Positions 1 to 12,565 of a stretch of DNA of 64,000 bases are shown here, in pieces; the stretch's first letter is position 1, and each line of letters begins with the position of its first letter. A program made the position numbers and the translations under genes. A model generated the notes under the pieces. That model was not told the DNA's origin and did no database searches. It saw only the letters and a list, made by a program, of their open reading frames with translations. Source of the DNA: Camelus ferus (Eukaryota); contig NC_045707.1 of assembly GCF_009834535.1 (NCBI RefSeq), positions 10,478,001 through 10,542,000 of the forward strand, read 5' to 3'.

Positions 1-68
1 AGTTTCTTTGGCTGATGACGATTTTTTCTCATTATTTTTTCCATCAGTTTGATTATGAAGTGTCCAAA

Positions 69-96
<28 letters not shown>
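69..96. repeat. (TG)14 microsatellite
   Basis: Directly visible. Confidence 0.97.
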
Positions 97-99
<3 letters not shown>

Positions 100-164
100 A
101 TCTTGACTGGAATTTGTTGAGACTTGCAGCTGTAGGTTGATTCTGGTCACATTTAGAAATCTTA

Positions 165-295
165 TTTATTTATTTTTATTATAGTTGATTTACAATGCTG
201 TGCTATTTTCAGGTGTACAGCACAGTGATTCAGTTACACACACACATATATACTCTTTCAGACTCTTTTCCATTACAAGATGTTGGATATAGTAG
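165..295 (-). mobile_element. Short L1 3' tail (cetartiodactyl type)
   Basis: tatagttgatttacaatg...caggtgtacagcacagtgattcagtt, a motif recurring about 11 times in the window. Confidence 0.8.
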
Positions 296-1957
296 AAAAG
301 AGAAGAATTTCCAGCAACACTTCTTCGATTATATGTTTTAAACCCCTCGTCACCTTGCCTTGGTTTTTCAGGGACTACACTTCCACATCACTTCTTTCTC
401 GTTCAGGTTCTTTTCACCCTCATTTTCCAGACGCTCTGACACCTAACGTCTAACATGTTTTTTTTCTTTTCTGAAATATTTTATTCGCGACTAAGACGCT
501 GTTCTCTGCACGAACGCCGTCTCCTGCGTGCTGCCCCTCCGGGAAGAGCCTGGTAAGTAGGTCTCACCCAGCAGGACTGTCTTCTTCCACGTGTGGTATC
601 GCCGCCCAGTTTCTGTCTAAAGTCTTTGCTCTCCTGTGACTTCAAAAATTTGCTTTTTACGTTTTGCTCAGAGTTTATAATTGTTATCAGCACGATGATT
701 AGTTTGAAATAGGCTTCTCCACTACTATCAGAATCCGAAAAGCCTATGGGTGCTCTCTGTAAAAAATTGTTTTCTGGCATGTAGAAATAAAATAGATTTT
801 TAATATAAATTTATATATTCTGCTGCATTAGAAAAATTTTACATTAACTCAAATTACATGGCAAAAATGTCTTTGCATTACCTTTATACTATAGCATCTG
901 CAAATAGTAACAGTTCAGTTTATTTTTTAATTTTCCCCCCAGTTCTTGCATGTATTGTTTATTTTCCTTGACTTCATGCACCAATCAGCCCTACTGGAAG
1001 ATATTGGATGGAAATGTGTCTTCCCTACTCTCAACAGAGATTTAAATTTTTCACCATGAAGAGCGATACTTTGTGTGGGATTTTTGGAAGACACATCTCA
1101 GATTAAGGACGTTTCATTCTATTTTTAAATTGATTCAATTATGTTTTTAAAATCATAATGAATATTGAATTTTTCAAACCACATTTTCTTTGTTTGGAGA
1201 GGATCATGATTTTCCTCCTTCAGCTGTCAGAGTGACAAATTACACTGATCAATTTTCTAACGTTGGAACTAATTTGCATTCTGGGGATAAACAGATCAGG
1301 TCATTATGTGGCTGTTATCTTTCTTAGATAATTATTAACGCAGTATGCTAGCACTTCATTTAGAATGTTCCCATCTGCATTCATAACTGATGTCTGCCTT
1401 CTATGTTCTTCTCAACACCATCTTCGTCACGTCTGGAGCAGAAGCATGCCCGTCTAAGAGAACGCGTTGGGAAGGGCTCCTTTTTTTCCTCTTTTGTCTG
1501 AAAGAATTTGTGTATGTTGGGAATTCTTTCCTCATTCAATGTTTGGTAGAACTTTCCACTGAATAAACCTTTGCTTAGAGTTTTCTTTGTGGGGAGGGTT
1601 TTTATATTACCGATACAATAATTTCATAGTTTATAAGACAATTTTGATTTTATTTTCTTCAGGCAGTTCTGGGATGCTGTGTTTCCCCAGAAATTAGTTA
1701 TCTTCATCTAAATGGTCAAAAATTCTTAGCACAAAGGCAGATTGTTCCTGTAGATTCTGTAGGTATCACCTTTAAAATTTTACATTGGTTTTATTTTTAA
1801 AAAATATTTTATTCTATTTTTTATATTTTATTTTTTAGTGTATATTGGTTTTATTTTATTTTATATTGTTCCACATTTCAATAAAAAAGAATGCAAAAAA
1901 TGAGTGTGAAATAAAGACATTTTTAGATTAAAAAAAGAGAGAGAGAGAAACAAAAGA

Positions 1958-2114
1958 AAAGGACGCCAGCCATGTGGGATGAGGACCCTACCCTTGTGAC
2001 CTCATTTACCCTGAATTACTTCCTAGAAGTTCTGTCTCCAGATGCAGCCACGTTGGGGTTACGGCTTCAACATGGATTCGGGGGGGGGGTGCTGGGGGGA
2101 ATTCAGTCCATAGC
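1958..2114 (-). mobile_element. MaLR LTR fragment (MLT1A/B-like)
   Basis: gtgacctcatttacc...ggcttcaacat...aattcagtccatagc matches the reverse complement of the MLT1 5' end. Confidence 0.75.
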
Positions 2115-2119
2115 GACCG

Positions 2120-3150
2120 TTTACGTTTAATATGATTACTGACATTTTAAAATTAAGATTCTGCTTTTACTGCCAAGTCTTTGTTACACCTGTTCTAGGT
2201 CCTTTTTCTCATTTTCTTGCTTTCTTTTGGGCTGATTTGAGAGGTTTTTTTTTTAAAAAAAATGGTTCCACTTTTTCCTCTTTTAATTTAGAAATATGCC
2301 CTCTTTAATTTTAGTGATCACCTTAGAAATTACAACAGGCCTCATTGGCACATCAACTTCACTGCTAATGGATATCCACCCGCCGCCCGGGGCACTGCAA
2401 GAACTCTAGGACACTTAACTCTTCCTTCTCCCCCTGACATGCATGCTGTGGTGCCGGCATCTTAGTCCTGTGTTTATAAACCCACAGGTGCTGCGTCGTT
2501 GGTCTGCACAGTGTGTGTTTAGACTGAGTCCCCTGTTTACTGCTCAGTTGCGTCTGGATAATTTCCTCCTGTCCGTTGAACGTCATTTGGACTCTCTCTC
2601 GGTGTAGGTTTGCTGTTGGCGAAATCCTTGAGAGCTGCCTTCTCCCCGACCCTGCTCCCTCCGGAGCGCCTGAGCGGGGTGTGGCAGCACGACTCGGCCA
2701 TGCTGAGGTCCTGCGGCTTCTCTGGGCTTCCGCGCCCGCCCTGGAGAAGCCCGGCCCGCCTTCTAAGCCTGTGCCTTTGAAGGGACTCCGCCTTTTATTT
2801 AGTCCTCAAGTCTGAAGACTTCCTCTTGTAGTTCGAGTTCTGCAGTCTCACTGTGAAGTACCAGGCATGCTTGTTCTTTACCTGCTCTGCCTGCAGTTGG
2901 TTTGGCTTCCAGCATGTGTCTGCTGACGTCCCTCATCAGTTCCAGAGAACTCTCAGCGCTCATCTTCTCAAACGTGGCCTCGGCCCCGCACTGTCCCTTT
3001 TCTCCTGGAGCCCCGGCTGAACATGAGTTCGAGCTACTCCTGGTTGTCACCTGTGTCTCTGACTGTCTGCTTGTCTCGGTCCACCTTTCTTCCCTCATCT
3101 TCTTTTTGGAAGGTTCCTGGGAGCCTGGAGGGGATCTGGGCCAAAAGCCA
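2120..3150 (-). mobile_element. Decayed L1 ORF1 C-terminal region
   Basis: Minus-strand peptides GAEATFEKMSAESSLELMRD and KRRSPFKGTGLEGGPGFSRAGAEAQR align with L1 ORF1p GAEAIFEEIMAENFPELMKD and KRQITFKGATIRLTADFSTETMEARR. Confidence 0.7.
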
Positions 3151-3425
3151 GAAAAAGTCCTAGACGCGAGTGTCAGGCAAGCAGCCAGGACGCGTGCAGG
3201 GCTAAGACCCAGCAGGGGCTGAGCCGAGAAGGGCCCGGACGAAGCTGCGGACGAAGGATTGAGGGCCCCACCGCAACTTGGGACCGAATGGGTCTCCGGG
3301 GGCAGAGATGGGCCGGAACACTGATGACCACTGTCAAAAAGCTGAGCTATTTTCTTGGAAATCAGGGCAAAGTTCAGAGCACTCTGGCTTCATGGCCCTG
3401 GAGGAGCTGGCGTGGAAAATTTCAT

Positions 3426-3456
3426 GTAATAGTAGTAATAATAGTAATAATAATAA
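3426..3456. repeat. (TAA/TAG)n simple repeat
   Basis: gtaatagtagtaataatagtaataataataa. Confidence 0.9.
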
Positions 3457-4011
3457 AACCCTCTTAATGAAGCGCACAGTCTGTGACAGCCCACGGGGAC
3501 CAGGATGGGGCCAGAGGCTGCATGGAGGACGGGATTTACAGACTTGAGACAATGCTGGGTGCACGGGGGACGCCTGAAAATGCAGACCGGCGAGCCAAAG
3601 TTCAGATGGCTTTGGGGCTGAGACGCTGTGTCTGACACAGAGGATGAGAAGGGAGTCCATCTGGGTGAGCGCTTGCCTCTGATTTGTGGCTGGGAAGCGC
3701 TTCCTAGAAGCTCTTCTTGATGACATAAATATCCACTTCTCCAGTTTCCAGAAATCAGAACTCAGCCGGTGTCACGAAGGACAAGCACATGGGGTGAGTG
3801 CCAGCCTCGGAAGCCTTTCCACTGGAAACACCCAGCCCGCTGGGCTCACCCCCCGCTGAGGGTTAAAAGCAGATCCACATGGTTTTGTGTATTTTTAATG
3901 AATGACTCCAATGAGTTTTTTTAAAAATTTATTTTCTTCCTATTCGATCCCATTAGCCAAATAAATAGATGTATTTTTCAAGCAAGTATGATGTTAGCAG
4001 ATCTGGTGAAG

Positions 4012-4228
4012 CACCGTGGAGAGATGACAGAGACTTGGTTCAAATTCCAGCTCCTCCACTTTCTGGCTGTGTGACCTTGGGCAAGTTTCTTAACCTCTCT
4101 TTGCCTCGTCTGTAAAAGGAGAGACGAGGTTACTGCTCACAGATGTGCTGTGAGGATTAAATGAGTAGCCCAGAGAAAGCTCTTAGGGGAGTTCGTGGCA
4201 CATGGCAAACATTAGACAAGTGATAAGA
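4012..4228 (+). mobile_element. MIR SINE
   Basis: ggttcaaattccagctc...tgtgtgaccttgggcaagtttcttaacctctct...tgtgaggattaaatgag is the MIR core. Confidence 0.9.
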
Positions 4229-4740
4229 TTATATTACATGTAATGTATGTGTGTACATATATATGTCTGTTTTTGAGAAATGAGCTGTGGTCTCAGGGAA
4301 GCAGGGAGCTACCAGACAGAGGGCGTGACTTGGGACCAGGACCCCGCCCCTCCCGCCCCCCCCCCCCCCCATACCACTGCTGGCTGTCTTCAGAGTATCA
4401 GCTTCCCCCGCTTTCTTATCAACAGAATCCTGATCCTGTTGGGGGTGGGGGGGAAACGAGTCCAGCCCGAGAACAGCACCATGCACAACTCTATTTTCTT
4501 TTTTTTTTTTATTTAAAAATTTTTTATTGTTAAAATATTTTTCTCTCTATTTTAACTTTGATTTTTACTTGATTTTTTTCATTTTTTTGGTTTCTTTCTC
4601 TTTCTTTCTTTTTTCCCAACAACTCTCTTTTCTATCCTGCCCTGGGATTCAGGCCATGTGACCCCAGTTCTCTCTGCTGAGATGTGAGAAGTTGCTGGAG
4701 GAGCGGCCGTTTGCAACTGGTGGACGCGCACATGGGAAGC

Positions 4741-5520
4741 GCATGGGTTCCCTGCGGTTCCTGTAACAAACTGAGGGGCGTGAAGGAACAGACGCGGATT
4801 CCCTCCCTGTGGCGGAGGCGGGAGTCTGAGATCGAGGCCCCGGCAGGGCAGAGCTCCCTCTGAGGCTCCTGGGGGGCATCTGTCCCGGCTCCTTCTCTTA
4901 GCTTCTGTGCCGTCAGCGTCCTTGGTTTGCAGCTGCGTCTCTCAGCCTCTCCCTCTGCCTTCACGTGGCTTCTCTCTGTGGGTCTGTGTCTTTCTTCTCT
5001 TCTTCTTTTTTTAATTGAAGTGTCATCAGTTTATGCGTTGTGTCAGTTCCTGGTGCACAGCGTCGTGTTTCAGGCACACGCACGTACATGTATTTGTTTT
5101 CCTGTGCTTTTTCATTGTAGGTTACTGTAAGATACTGACTACAGTTCCCTATGCTAGACAGTGGGACCTTGTTGTTCATCCGGTTTTGTGAAGATTTCCT
5201 TGTATTTCCGATTGTAAGAGCTATTCTGCCGAAGTTCAGCGGGTACGTGAGAGATTGGTTCCGTACGTAGCTGCAGCTTCACTGTGTTCGTGGGAGGGGG
5301 CGCACCACGTCCTTCTGCTCCGTCATCTCGCCAACCTCCCTGTCTTCTCTTCCTGTGACGACGCCGGTCATCATGCCTTTGGGCCCGCGCTCCTCCAGGA
5401 TGGCCTCATCGTCACTAAGAACGCCTGCAGTGGCCCCGTTTTCCACACAAGGTCACGAGCTGGGGCCTCGGCAGTTAGCACTTCAGCGTCTTCTGGGAGG
5501 ACACGGCTCAGCTCACACCC
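4741..5520 (-). mobile_element. MLT1 (B/C-like) solo LTR, interrupted at 5003-5342
   Basis: cctgtaacaaactg...gtctgagatcgagg...ttcacgtggcttctct on the left; ccacacaaggtcac...gggaggacacggctcagc on the right. Confidence 0.8.
5003..5342 (-). mobile_element. Bipartite L1: about 150 bp of 5' UTR start fused to about 190 bp of 3' tail
   Basis: Minus strand begins GGGAGGTTGGCGAGATGACGGAGCAGAAGGACGTGG (L1 5' start with degenerate YY1 site) then joins AACAACAAGGTCCCACTG...poly(A); flanked by TCTTCTCTTC at 4993-5002 and 5343-5352. Confidence 0.7.
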
Positions 5521-6244
5521 CCGAGGATCGCGGAGCGGAAAGGTAGACGGAAGCAGATCCCTGGTGGCATCAGAGGCCACTCAACGAGCCCCAGGCTGTG
5601 GACCTGTGGGTCTCCCTAGTCTCCAGCCCCTGCTCTCAGGGTCCCTGCGGGCAGTCAGAATTCCTGCCATGTGCAGCAGACATCTCACTAACGCCCTGCA
5701 CCTTGGGAAACGTGCCCCATCATCCTGCCTTCTAGGTGAGGCACCCGCGGTTCGGAGACCACAGCCACACGGCTGCCAGTGGCAGGGCTGCGTGTGAACG
5801 CCGGTCCGTGACCCCAAAGCCTGAGTCCTCCCCGTGAGCCGCCCGTCCCCGGGAGCCCCAGTCTCCTCCAGCCTTCTCCACGCCCCTTTGCTGGAATGAC
5901 TTCATTGCTCCCTGAGGCTTTGAGACGTTGAAAGACTATCTCCCAGTTGGTAGACACCTGCTGGGGTGTTTCGGGTCCTCTTTTCCAGGACCCTCGGCCA
6001 GCCTCTGGGTGGGGCTCCCAGCGGCCGTGGTTCTGCTTGGCCGTCTGGACGCAGCTGACTGGCCCAGGGATGGTCAACCAGCGTCGGCCCCCCAGGTCAG
6101 ATCCTCTGGGGGCTTTGGATTCCCGGGAAGAGACGTCATGTTCCGGTCGTCATAACAGAGTCACATCAGGTGAGGAGCCCGTGTAGTCACTTCCGAACTC
6201 CAGGGCTTATCCGGTCACTTGGAGACTTGGTTAAAACTTTCTAG

Positions 6245-6866
6245 GTGAGCTATTATAGAAAACGGTATGGCGGTTCCTCAATAAAATAAAAAATACTATT
6301 ATTAAGTGATCCAGCCACCCCGCTTCAGGGTGGTCACCCAGGATAACTGAAAGCAGGGTCTCGAAGAGATGTTTGCGCACCCACATTCCCAGCAGCATTA
6401 TCTATAGCAGCGTTGTTTACAACAGCCGAGAGGCGGAAACAACCCAGGTGTCCGTCAGTGGGTGAACGGATCAACCGAATGCGATACACACACATCCAAT
6501 GGCCGTTTATTTAGCCTTAAAAGGAGAGAAATTCTGACACGCTGCAACACGGATGAAACCTGAGGACACTGTGTGCAGTGAAATAAACCAGTCCCCAAAA
6601 GGTACGCGCTGTGGGATTTCGCTTAAGGAGTCAGACTCACAGGGACAGAAAGTAGGATGGCGGGGTCAGGGGCTGGGGTTGGGGGGACGGTCAGTTAGTG
6701 TCCAGTGGGGACAGAGTGTCCGGTTGGGAAGGTGAAAAGCACCCTGGAGACGGAGGGTGGGGATGGTTGCACACAACATGGATGTGCTTAGTGCCATTGA
6801 ACTGGACACTTGAAAACAGTTAAGATGGTAAATTTCAGGTTAAGTGCATTTTACGACGACAACAAA
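6245..6866 (+). mobile_element. L1MB-like 3' end
   Basis: atagaaaacggtatggcggttcctc...ggaaattctgacac...gatggtaaatttc. Confidence 0.85.
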
Positions 6867-7227
6867 ATGCCTCCTGGTGCTTCTGATGTGGTCCTGGTGG
6901 AGACAGTCCGGGAGCGGGTCTGCTGGACCAGTTTGAGCCAGTTTTGCTCTCTCCTCGAGGAAGGAAGGTCTGATTGGTCTGGATCTGGTGTGTTCCTGTC
7001 AGAGCTCCGCCCCAGCCGTTCAAAGACACGTCTTCTTCCTCTCTTCCTCCGCCTCCTCTTTTTTTCTCTCCCTCCTCCCCCCCTTTTTGGTGCAAACTAG
7101 CTCAGTTTTGTTGCTCTCACTTGGAACCCAAACGCCCTCACTGTTCTCACCTTCTAGAGGGGAACACCCCCGAGGGGTGGGCTGTGCATCGGCCTCAGAG
7201 TGATTCCTGCACCGCAGAGTCTCACGG

Positions 7228-7230
<3 letters not shown>

Positions 7231-7264
<34 letters not shown>
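7231..7264. repeat. (GT)17 microsatellite
   Basis: Directly visible. Confidence 0.97.
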
Positions 7265-7265
<1 letters not shown>

Positions 7266-8647
7266 TGGGGCCTGTGTGATGCACGGCGAACACCCACCCC
7301 CGAGCCTCTCGGAGCTGGGGCGCTGGGACTGCCGGCTGGTGCGGCCCCGACCCCCTTGCGCCGCACCTGCCCAGCCCAGGAGACGTGCCGTCCCCAGGAG
7401 CTTGCCCAGCAGGGCCTCCCGCTCTCCGTCTCTGACTCACATGCCTTGGTCTTCCTCTGTCCATCCATCTCCTGTCCCCCCTTCCTCCCACCCTACCCCT
7501 GCTCTTCCCCAGACCCCAGGGTCCTGAGCAGACCGGCGAGGATGCTCTCAGGACAGCAGCTGCCCCGATGGTGCTTGTGGCCCGCTCCCTGACTCTGGCG
7601 GCACTCGGGGGGCAGGGGGAGTGTTGGACATGCAGGGACGGCGCAGCTGAGGTGACAGGTCCCCCCCGAACCCCATCCACGCCCCCACAGCATGCAGATG
7701 CCTGTTACTTTCCTAAACTTCAGTGTTGAAAATCCCTCCCTTCCAAGCAACTAAATAAGCCCTGCCTTGCCTGACTGGTTGGCTAATCCACGTCAAAGCA
7801 ACAGAAATGGTTAACGGACCGGCTTAAAAGAAGAGAAATCCCCAGAGGGAGGTATGGTCACCTTTCTTCCCCGAAGCCCATGCACAGTCTGTGAATGAGC
7901 ACTTTTCCAAGGTAAGAGATAAAAATGCACACTGCAAACTGAAGCAAAATTGCTTTTATACCCTTTTTGGATTCGAGGTATCAAATTATTTGATGATTGA
8001 GAAATCTTCAGCAGCAACAGCAGCAGACAGAGCAACACGGTTAGTCCTTCATCCCAGCCCCACGCCTGGGCCCTGCGGGTCCCTGCGCAGGACTGTGCGA
8101 GAGCGGCTGCGGCGGAGAGGCCGCACATGGTGATGCGGATGCTGGGTGAGGACTGGCTGCCCGGTGAGGACAGTGCGGAGTCCTGGCCGGGAGACCACAC
8201 GCACCATGGGGCTGGGTTGGTGGGGCCCGGATCCCCAGGGGCAGTGACGTCTGGGGGCCTGTGTGCGAGCTGGGAGGGTGCGTGGTGGGCAAGGAAACCC
8301 AGAGACAGCGGTCAGGGCTGGGGAAGGCTGCGGGAGCTTGGTGTGGCGGCTGTGGCCGGGGACGTGGCTGGGGACATGGCTGGGGACTCTGGGGCCCGGC
8401 CGGCTGTGACAGGCTCTGCGGCTGAGCTGTGGGGCAGGGTGGCTTACATGACCCCTGCGCTCTGACCCCTCACATGTAAACAGCTGTTCTCGCTTCACAC
8501 GGTTCCATAAGACTCCAAGGAGGGCGCCCCAGGGGTCATTAGGGAGAGGAGGACTCAGCTGGGGGCCCTGGGACCTCAGCACCGACAGGAGGGCCAGGGT
8601 TCCACTGACCGAGTTCCACCAGCAGAGGAGACCCTGTGGGATGGGAG

Positions 8648-9097
8648 CTGGGTTCTTCCGGGAACCAGCACCAACAGGAGGCTATGTATATACACGTGGG
8701 GGGCGGGGAGAAAGAGAGACGGAGAGAAAGAGGGACAGAGAGATTCATTTCAAGGCACCAGCCCATGTGACTGTGGATTTGCGGACCCGCAGGGCGGGCT
8801 AATGGCTGGCGACCCGAGAAGGGCTGAGGTTGCAGTGTCTTGGGCCCCAAGGCTCTGCTGGCAGCATTCCCTTCTTCCTCAGGGAGCTCACGCTTTTCTC
8901 TCTTAAAGCCTTCAACTGACTGGACGAGGCCCACCCACACGTGGAGGGTCACCTCCTGCTTGGCTCCAGTCCAAGTCGGCTGGCTGTGGCTGTTCACCGC
9001 ATCTCCCAAAACACCCTCACAGCCACATCCAGGCTGGCGTCTGATCACATGTCTGGGCGCCTTGGCCTGGCCAACTGGATGGGTAAAATGGACCAAC
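8648..9097 (-). mobile_element. MLT2 (ERVL) solo LTR
   Basis: gggttcttccgggaaccagcacca...ccttcaactgactggacgaggcccaccc...aaaacaccctcacagccacatccag. Confidence 0.85.
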
Positions 9098-12000
9098 CTG
9101 GAGGGTGAGTGGCAAGGCTGGCCAGGAGGGGACAGAGCTGAGGACAGGGCAGTGGAGTGAGAGCTCTGGCTCTGTCCTGGTGGAGAAGCGGGAAGCCGGG
9201 GCCCGAGGCCGAGGAGAGGGCTTCAGTGGCAGGCGTTGGTGACACTCTCCAAGGACAAGGGGGCAGGGGGGCAGGACAGGAGAGAGTTGGGTGCCCAGGC
9301 TGGTGTCCTGGTCAGGGTGAGGCCAGGTGCTGGGCTGGTGGGCTTGGGGAGTGGGTGGGTGTAGAGTGGCCGAGAGCAGACCCAGGTCCTTGGGCCCCGA
9401 GCCCCGTCTCCTGCCTGGGGCACGCCCCGCCCTCTCCTCGCAGTGGCGGGCTGTGACCACCTTGCTCCTCCCCAGCAGCCCGCCAGCTTGTAGGCTCAGC
9501 CCCGCGGGCTCTGGTACACAGGGGCTTAGGGACCGCTCGCAACTGTGATGAGTCAGTAACTGAGCCCCCCGGCCCCCTGGTCCTGGACCACTTTCTGCGG
9601 GCGGGGCCCCGAGGGGCTCGTGGTCTGCGGACCAAGCATCCTGGTGAAGACAGTTGGTGAAGACAACCGACTGGTCCTCGGGGACGTTGCACCCTCGAGG
9701 CACCGACGTTTACTTGATAACTTGCCCGAGTTGCTTTCCAGAGTCGTAAGGCTGCAGGGAACAGCCCTGATGATCAATCTGAACGCTCTTCTCCGATTAC
9801 TCCCTTAAAATAGGATCCCAGACTCGTGTGAACAGGATTGTGTTTTTTCCTAGGGGATCGAGTTGGGATTTGGACGGTGCTCCTGCGTGTGACCAGGAAC
9901 CCAGGTGTGCCTACCCCCATCCTGCCCGTCCTCAGCTCCGAGAGCTCAGAAGCGCCAGCCAAACAGGGAGTGTGACGAGGGTGTCCGCGCCCTGGTGCCC
10001 CAGCCTCCCTGGTTGGTCAGGGCGTGCAGGTGAAGCCCGAGACCCGGACGGGACCCTGTGCCCTCCTCCCCAGGGCTCCTCTCGGGTGGCCGGATGGTGG
10101 TGACCCTGGGCAGCAGCTTGCCTGCGGGGAGTGTGGCTGTGGTTGCCGCCAGTGCTGGGCTGGCCCCTGAGGCACAGCGCCCTGTGGGACAGAGGAGTGG
10201 GTAGGGAGAAGGGATGGCAGCCTGGCCCCCAGGGCCAGCCCGGGTTAGCTCCTTCCTGCTGCCTGGACGGGAGGGGACCAGGCTGCCTGGACGGGAGGGG
10301 CCAGGCGGCAGAGCAGGGATTAGAAGCCGAGACCCCACCCGTTAGCAAATCCACGGGAACCGGCCCCAACGGACTTGCGGGCAGGTCCTTCCGGCCCCCC
10401 GGGGCTCCCCGACGTGTGTGCGGGCAGCCTCAGGCTGGCGAGGTGGCTCTGCTCCCGGGGGCGGCAGGCAGTCCGCTGGAGCAGTGGGTGGTGGCCCACG
10501 TGCGGCTCCCGGGCCAGCAGGTGGCCCCGCCGTGCGCTGGCCACTGGTGGGTTTCCCAGAGGACGTGCGGCCGCTTGAGGCCTGGGCTGGGGCAGGTGCG
10601 CAGTCCGCCCCTTCCAGCACTCTCTATGCGTCCGGCCCAGACCGGCGCCTGGAGAAAGACCGCTTCCTGGCGAGAGGAAATGAAGGTCCCCCTCGGAGGA
10701 GCACGGGTGCCGGGAGGGAATCAGTGCCCTGCTGTTGGAGAAGACCCAGCCGGGGCCAGTCCTGCCCGGATTTGGCCAGTCAGACGAGCAGCTTGGCCCT
10801 TTTCATGGCAGGAGAGAGAATGAGGGGGAGGCAGTTCCTGGAAGACAGCGGAGGGCGTAGTGTCTCGCCTCCCTCCTCCTAGGACCCCCTGGGCATCCTT
10901 CCCAAGTGGGAAGGGAAAATGGGCCAAACTCTTTCTATGCTCGCCGCCCAATCCCCTCCTTCCGGAGCCTGTCTGTCCACGGGCACCGCTGAGAAGTCTC
11001 TTTCCTGTAGTCAGTTCTGTTCTAAAATATATCGAATCACTTAGAAACCAAGCTGGAAGCATGTCCAGCCTGCGGGGACCCAGCACCCGGGAGTAAGGCT
11101 CTTAAATCAATTGGAAATCACTTCCATGTAATGCGAACGGACACGGTCAGGGAATAGAAATCCCTGCCAAACCCTTACTCTGAATAGGATGAAAAATTAG
11201 ATTAATCTGAAAAAAGCCGTCAGCAGGCGCCCGCGTCCCGTCACAGATCTCCGGGAGGACCGGGGAGTCGCGGCGCGCTGCCGAGGAGGGCCCGGCGCGG
11301 GCTCCCGGCTGGTCTGCCGCTCAGAGCTGCGAGGCCTCGGCTTCACCTGCCTGAACCTCCGTGTCCTCGGGGCCGATGCAGGGATGCTGGGGCCCACCTG
11401 GCTGGGCTGCTCAGAGCATCGCTGATAACCTGTGTGAAGCCTTTCACGTCGAGGAGGGGTCGATAGTTGGCAGCCCCGGGCACCTGCTTCCTGGGAAAGC
11501 TCCGATATTTGGGGAGCTGTCGGGGCCTGTCGGCCGTGGAGGGCAGGGCGTCCCCGGGGCGTTGCACACTGGGCCTCGTGTAACTCGCCTTGCTGCGCAG
11601 ACGCCAGCGAAGCACAAACACATTCTGGTGTCCTGCTCCTCTTGCCTTAATGTGGCACGCATTTTTCACGTGGGCAGAGCTTGCAGCATCAAAATGCGTA
11701 AAAGCTGTGAAGAGCGAGGCTGCACGCGCCTGGGTAACTTTTTGGGTATTTCGCTTGCTTCTAACCGTTGTTAGAGGACATGTTATGATGGCGGGATGGA
11801 GCCTCCCCTCTCCCCCTGACTCTGGATGGCAATGATTTTTTTGTCCGATTCCCAGAAGTGGTGTGAGAGCTCCAGCTGCTTCTCGAGCTGTCCATCCAAC
11901 TTGCTGCTCCTCAGTCCGTACCAGTTTATACGGACACCAAGGACATATGGCTGCATCGACTTTATTGATGCTCTGGCCAGGATTAAGACCCATTTCTCAG

Positions 12001-12480
12001 TATTTTTAAAGTGGATATAAAGTACAACCCTATTAATATTTTTGAAAGGGTGGCGGTTTTGTGACATGTCCCCTTGGCTGGGTGGAAGACGCTTCCCCGA
12101 ATTCCCTTCCCGGGGGCTTCGGGCAGAGCGGGGCAGGAGGCGTCTCACTGTGAGCAGTGGAGGGAAACGTGGAGGCTGGACCTGGTGGCTTCCGTGTGTC
12201 GCCCTTTATCCGCTGGCCGACTCTGTTCCTCCAGCTCCTCTGGCTTCAGGTGTGCACATTCAAGTCCATGATGGAGGGCCGGATCCTGAGGTCACCCACA
12301 CTGCCAAGGTCAGAGGCAACAGTGGGACGTGGTATCTGTCCACCCCCAGGCTCCCGCACCCACAGTCTTCTTCCCTCCCCACCTCCCGTCCTGGGGATGT
12401 TAGGCTCCCTCGAGAGACCCCTTAACCAGCTCCCACCGTTGTGTGAGGTCAAATCCCTGTAAAAAATCCATCTTTATCTC

Positions 12481-12565
12481 CCCCTCCTCCTCCATCTCCA
12501 CCACCATCACCATCTCCAACTCCACCTCCATCTCTGTCACCACCTCCGTCTCCATCACCACATCT
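12481..12565. repeat. Low-complexity (CCATCT/CCACCT)n hexamer-like tract
   Basis: ctccatctccaccaccatcaccatctccaactccacctccatctc... Confidence 0.8.

Larger units (their letters stand above)
1..1930 (-). mobile_element. Old LINE-1 (L1M/L1ME-like) ORF2 remnants, antisense
   Basis: T-rich plus strand with recognisable antisense L1 ORF2 wording; fragmented, no intact ORF. Confidence 0.65.

Noticed and set aside
8616-8635. Additional CTCF-like matches (also near 14070, 15302, 44958)
   Set aside because: Each has a mismatch or indel in the core
9620-9808. Protein-like ORF MVCGPSILVKTVGEDNRLVLGDV...
   Set aside because: GTG start, 62 aa, no family recognised and no convincing splice sites
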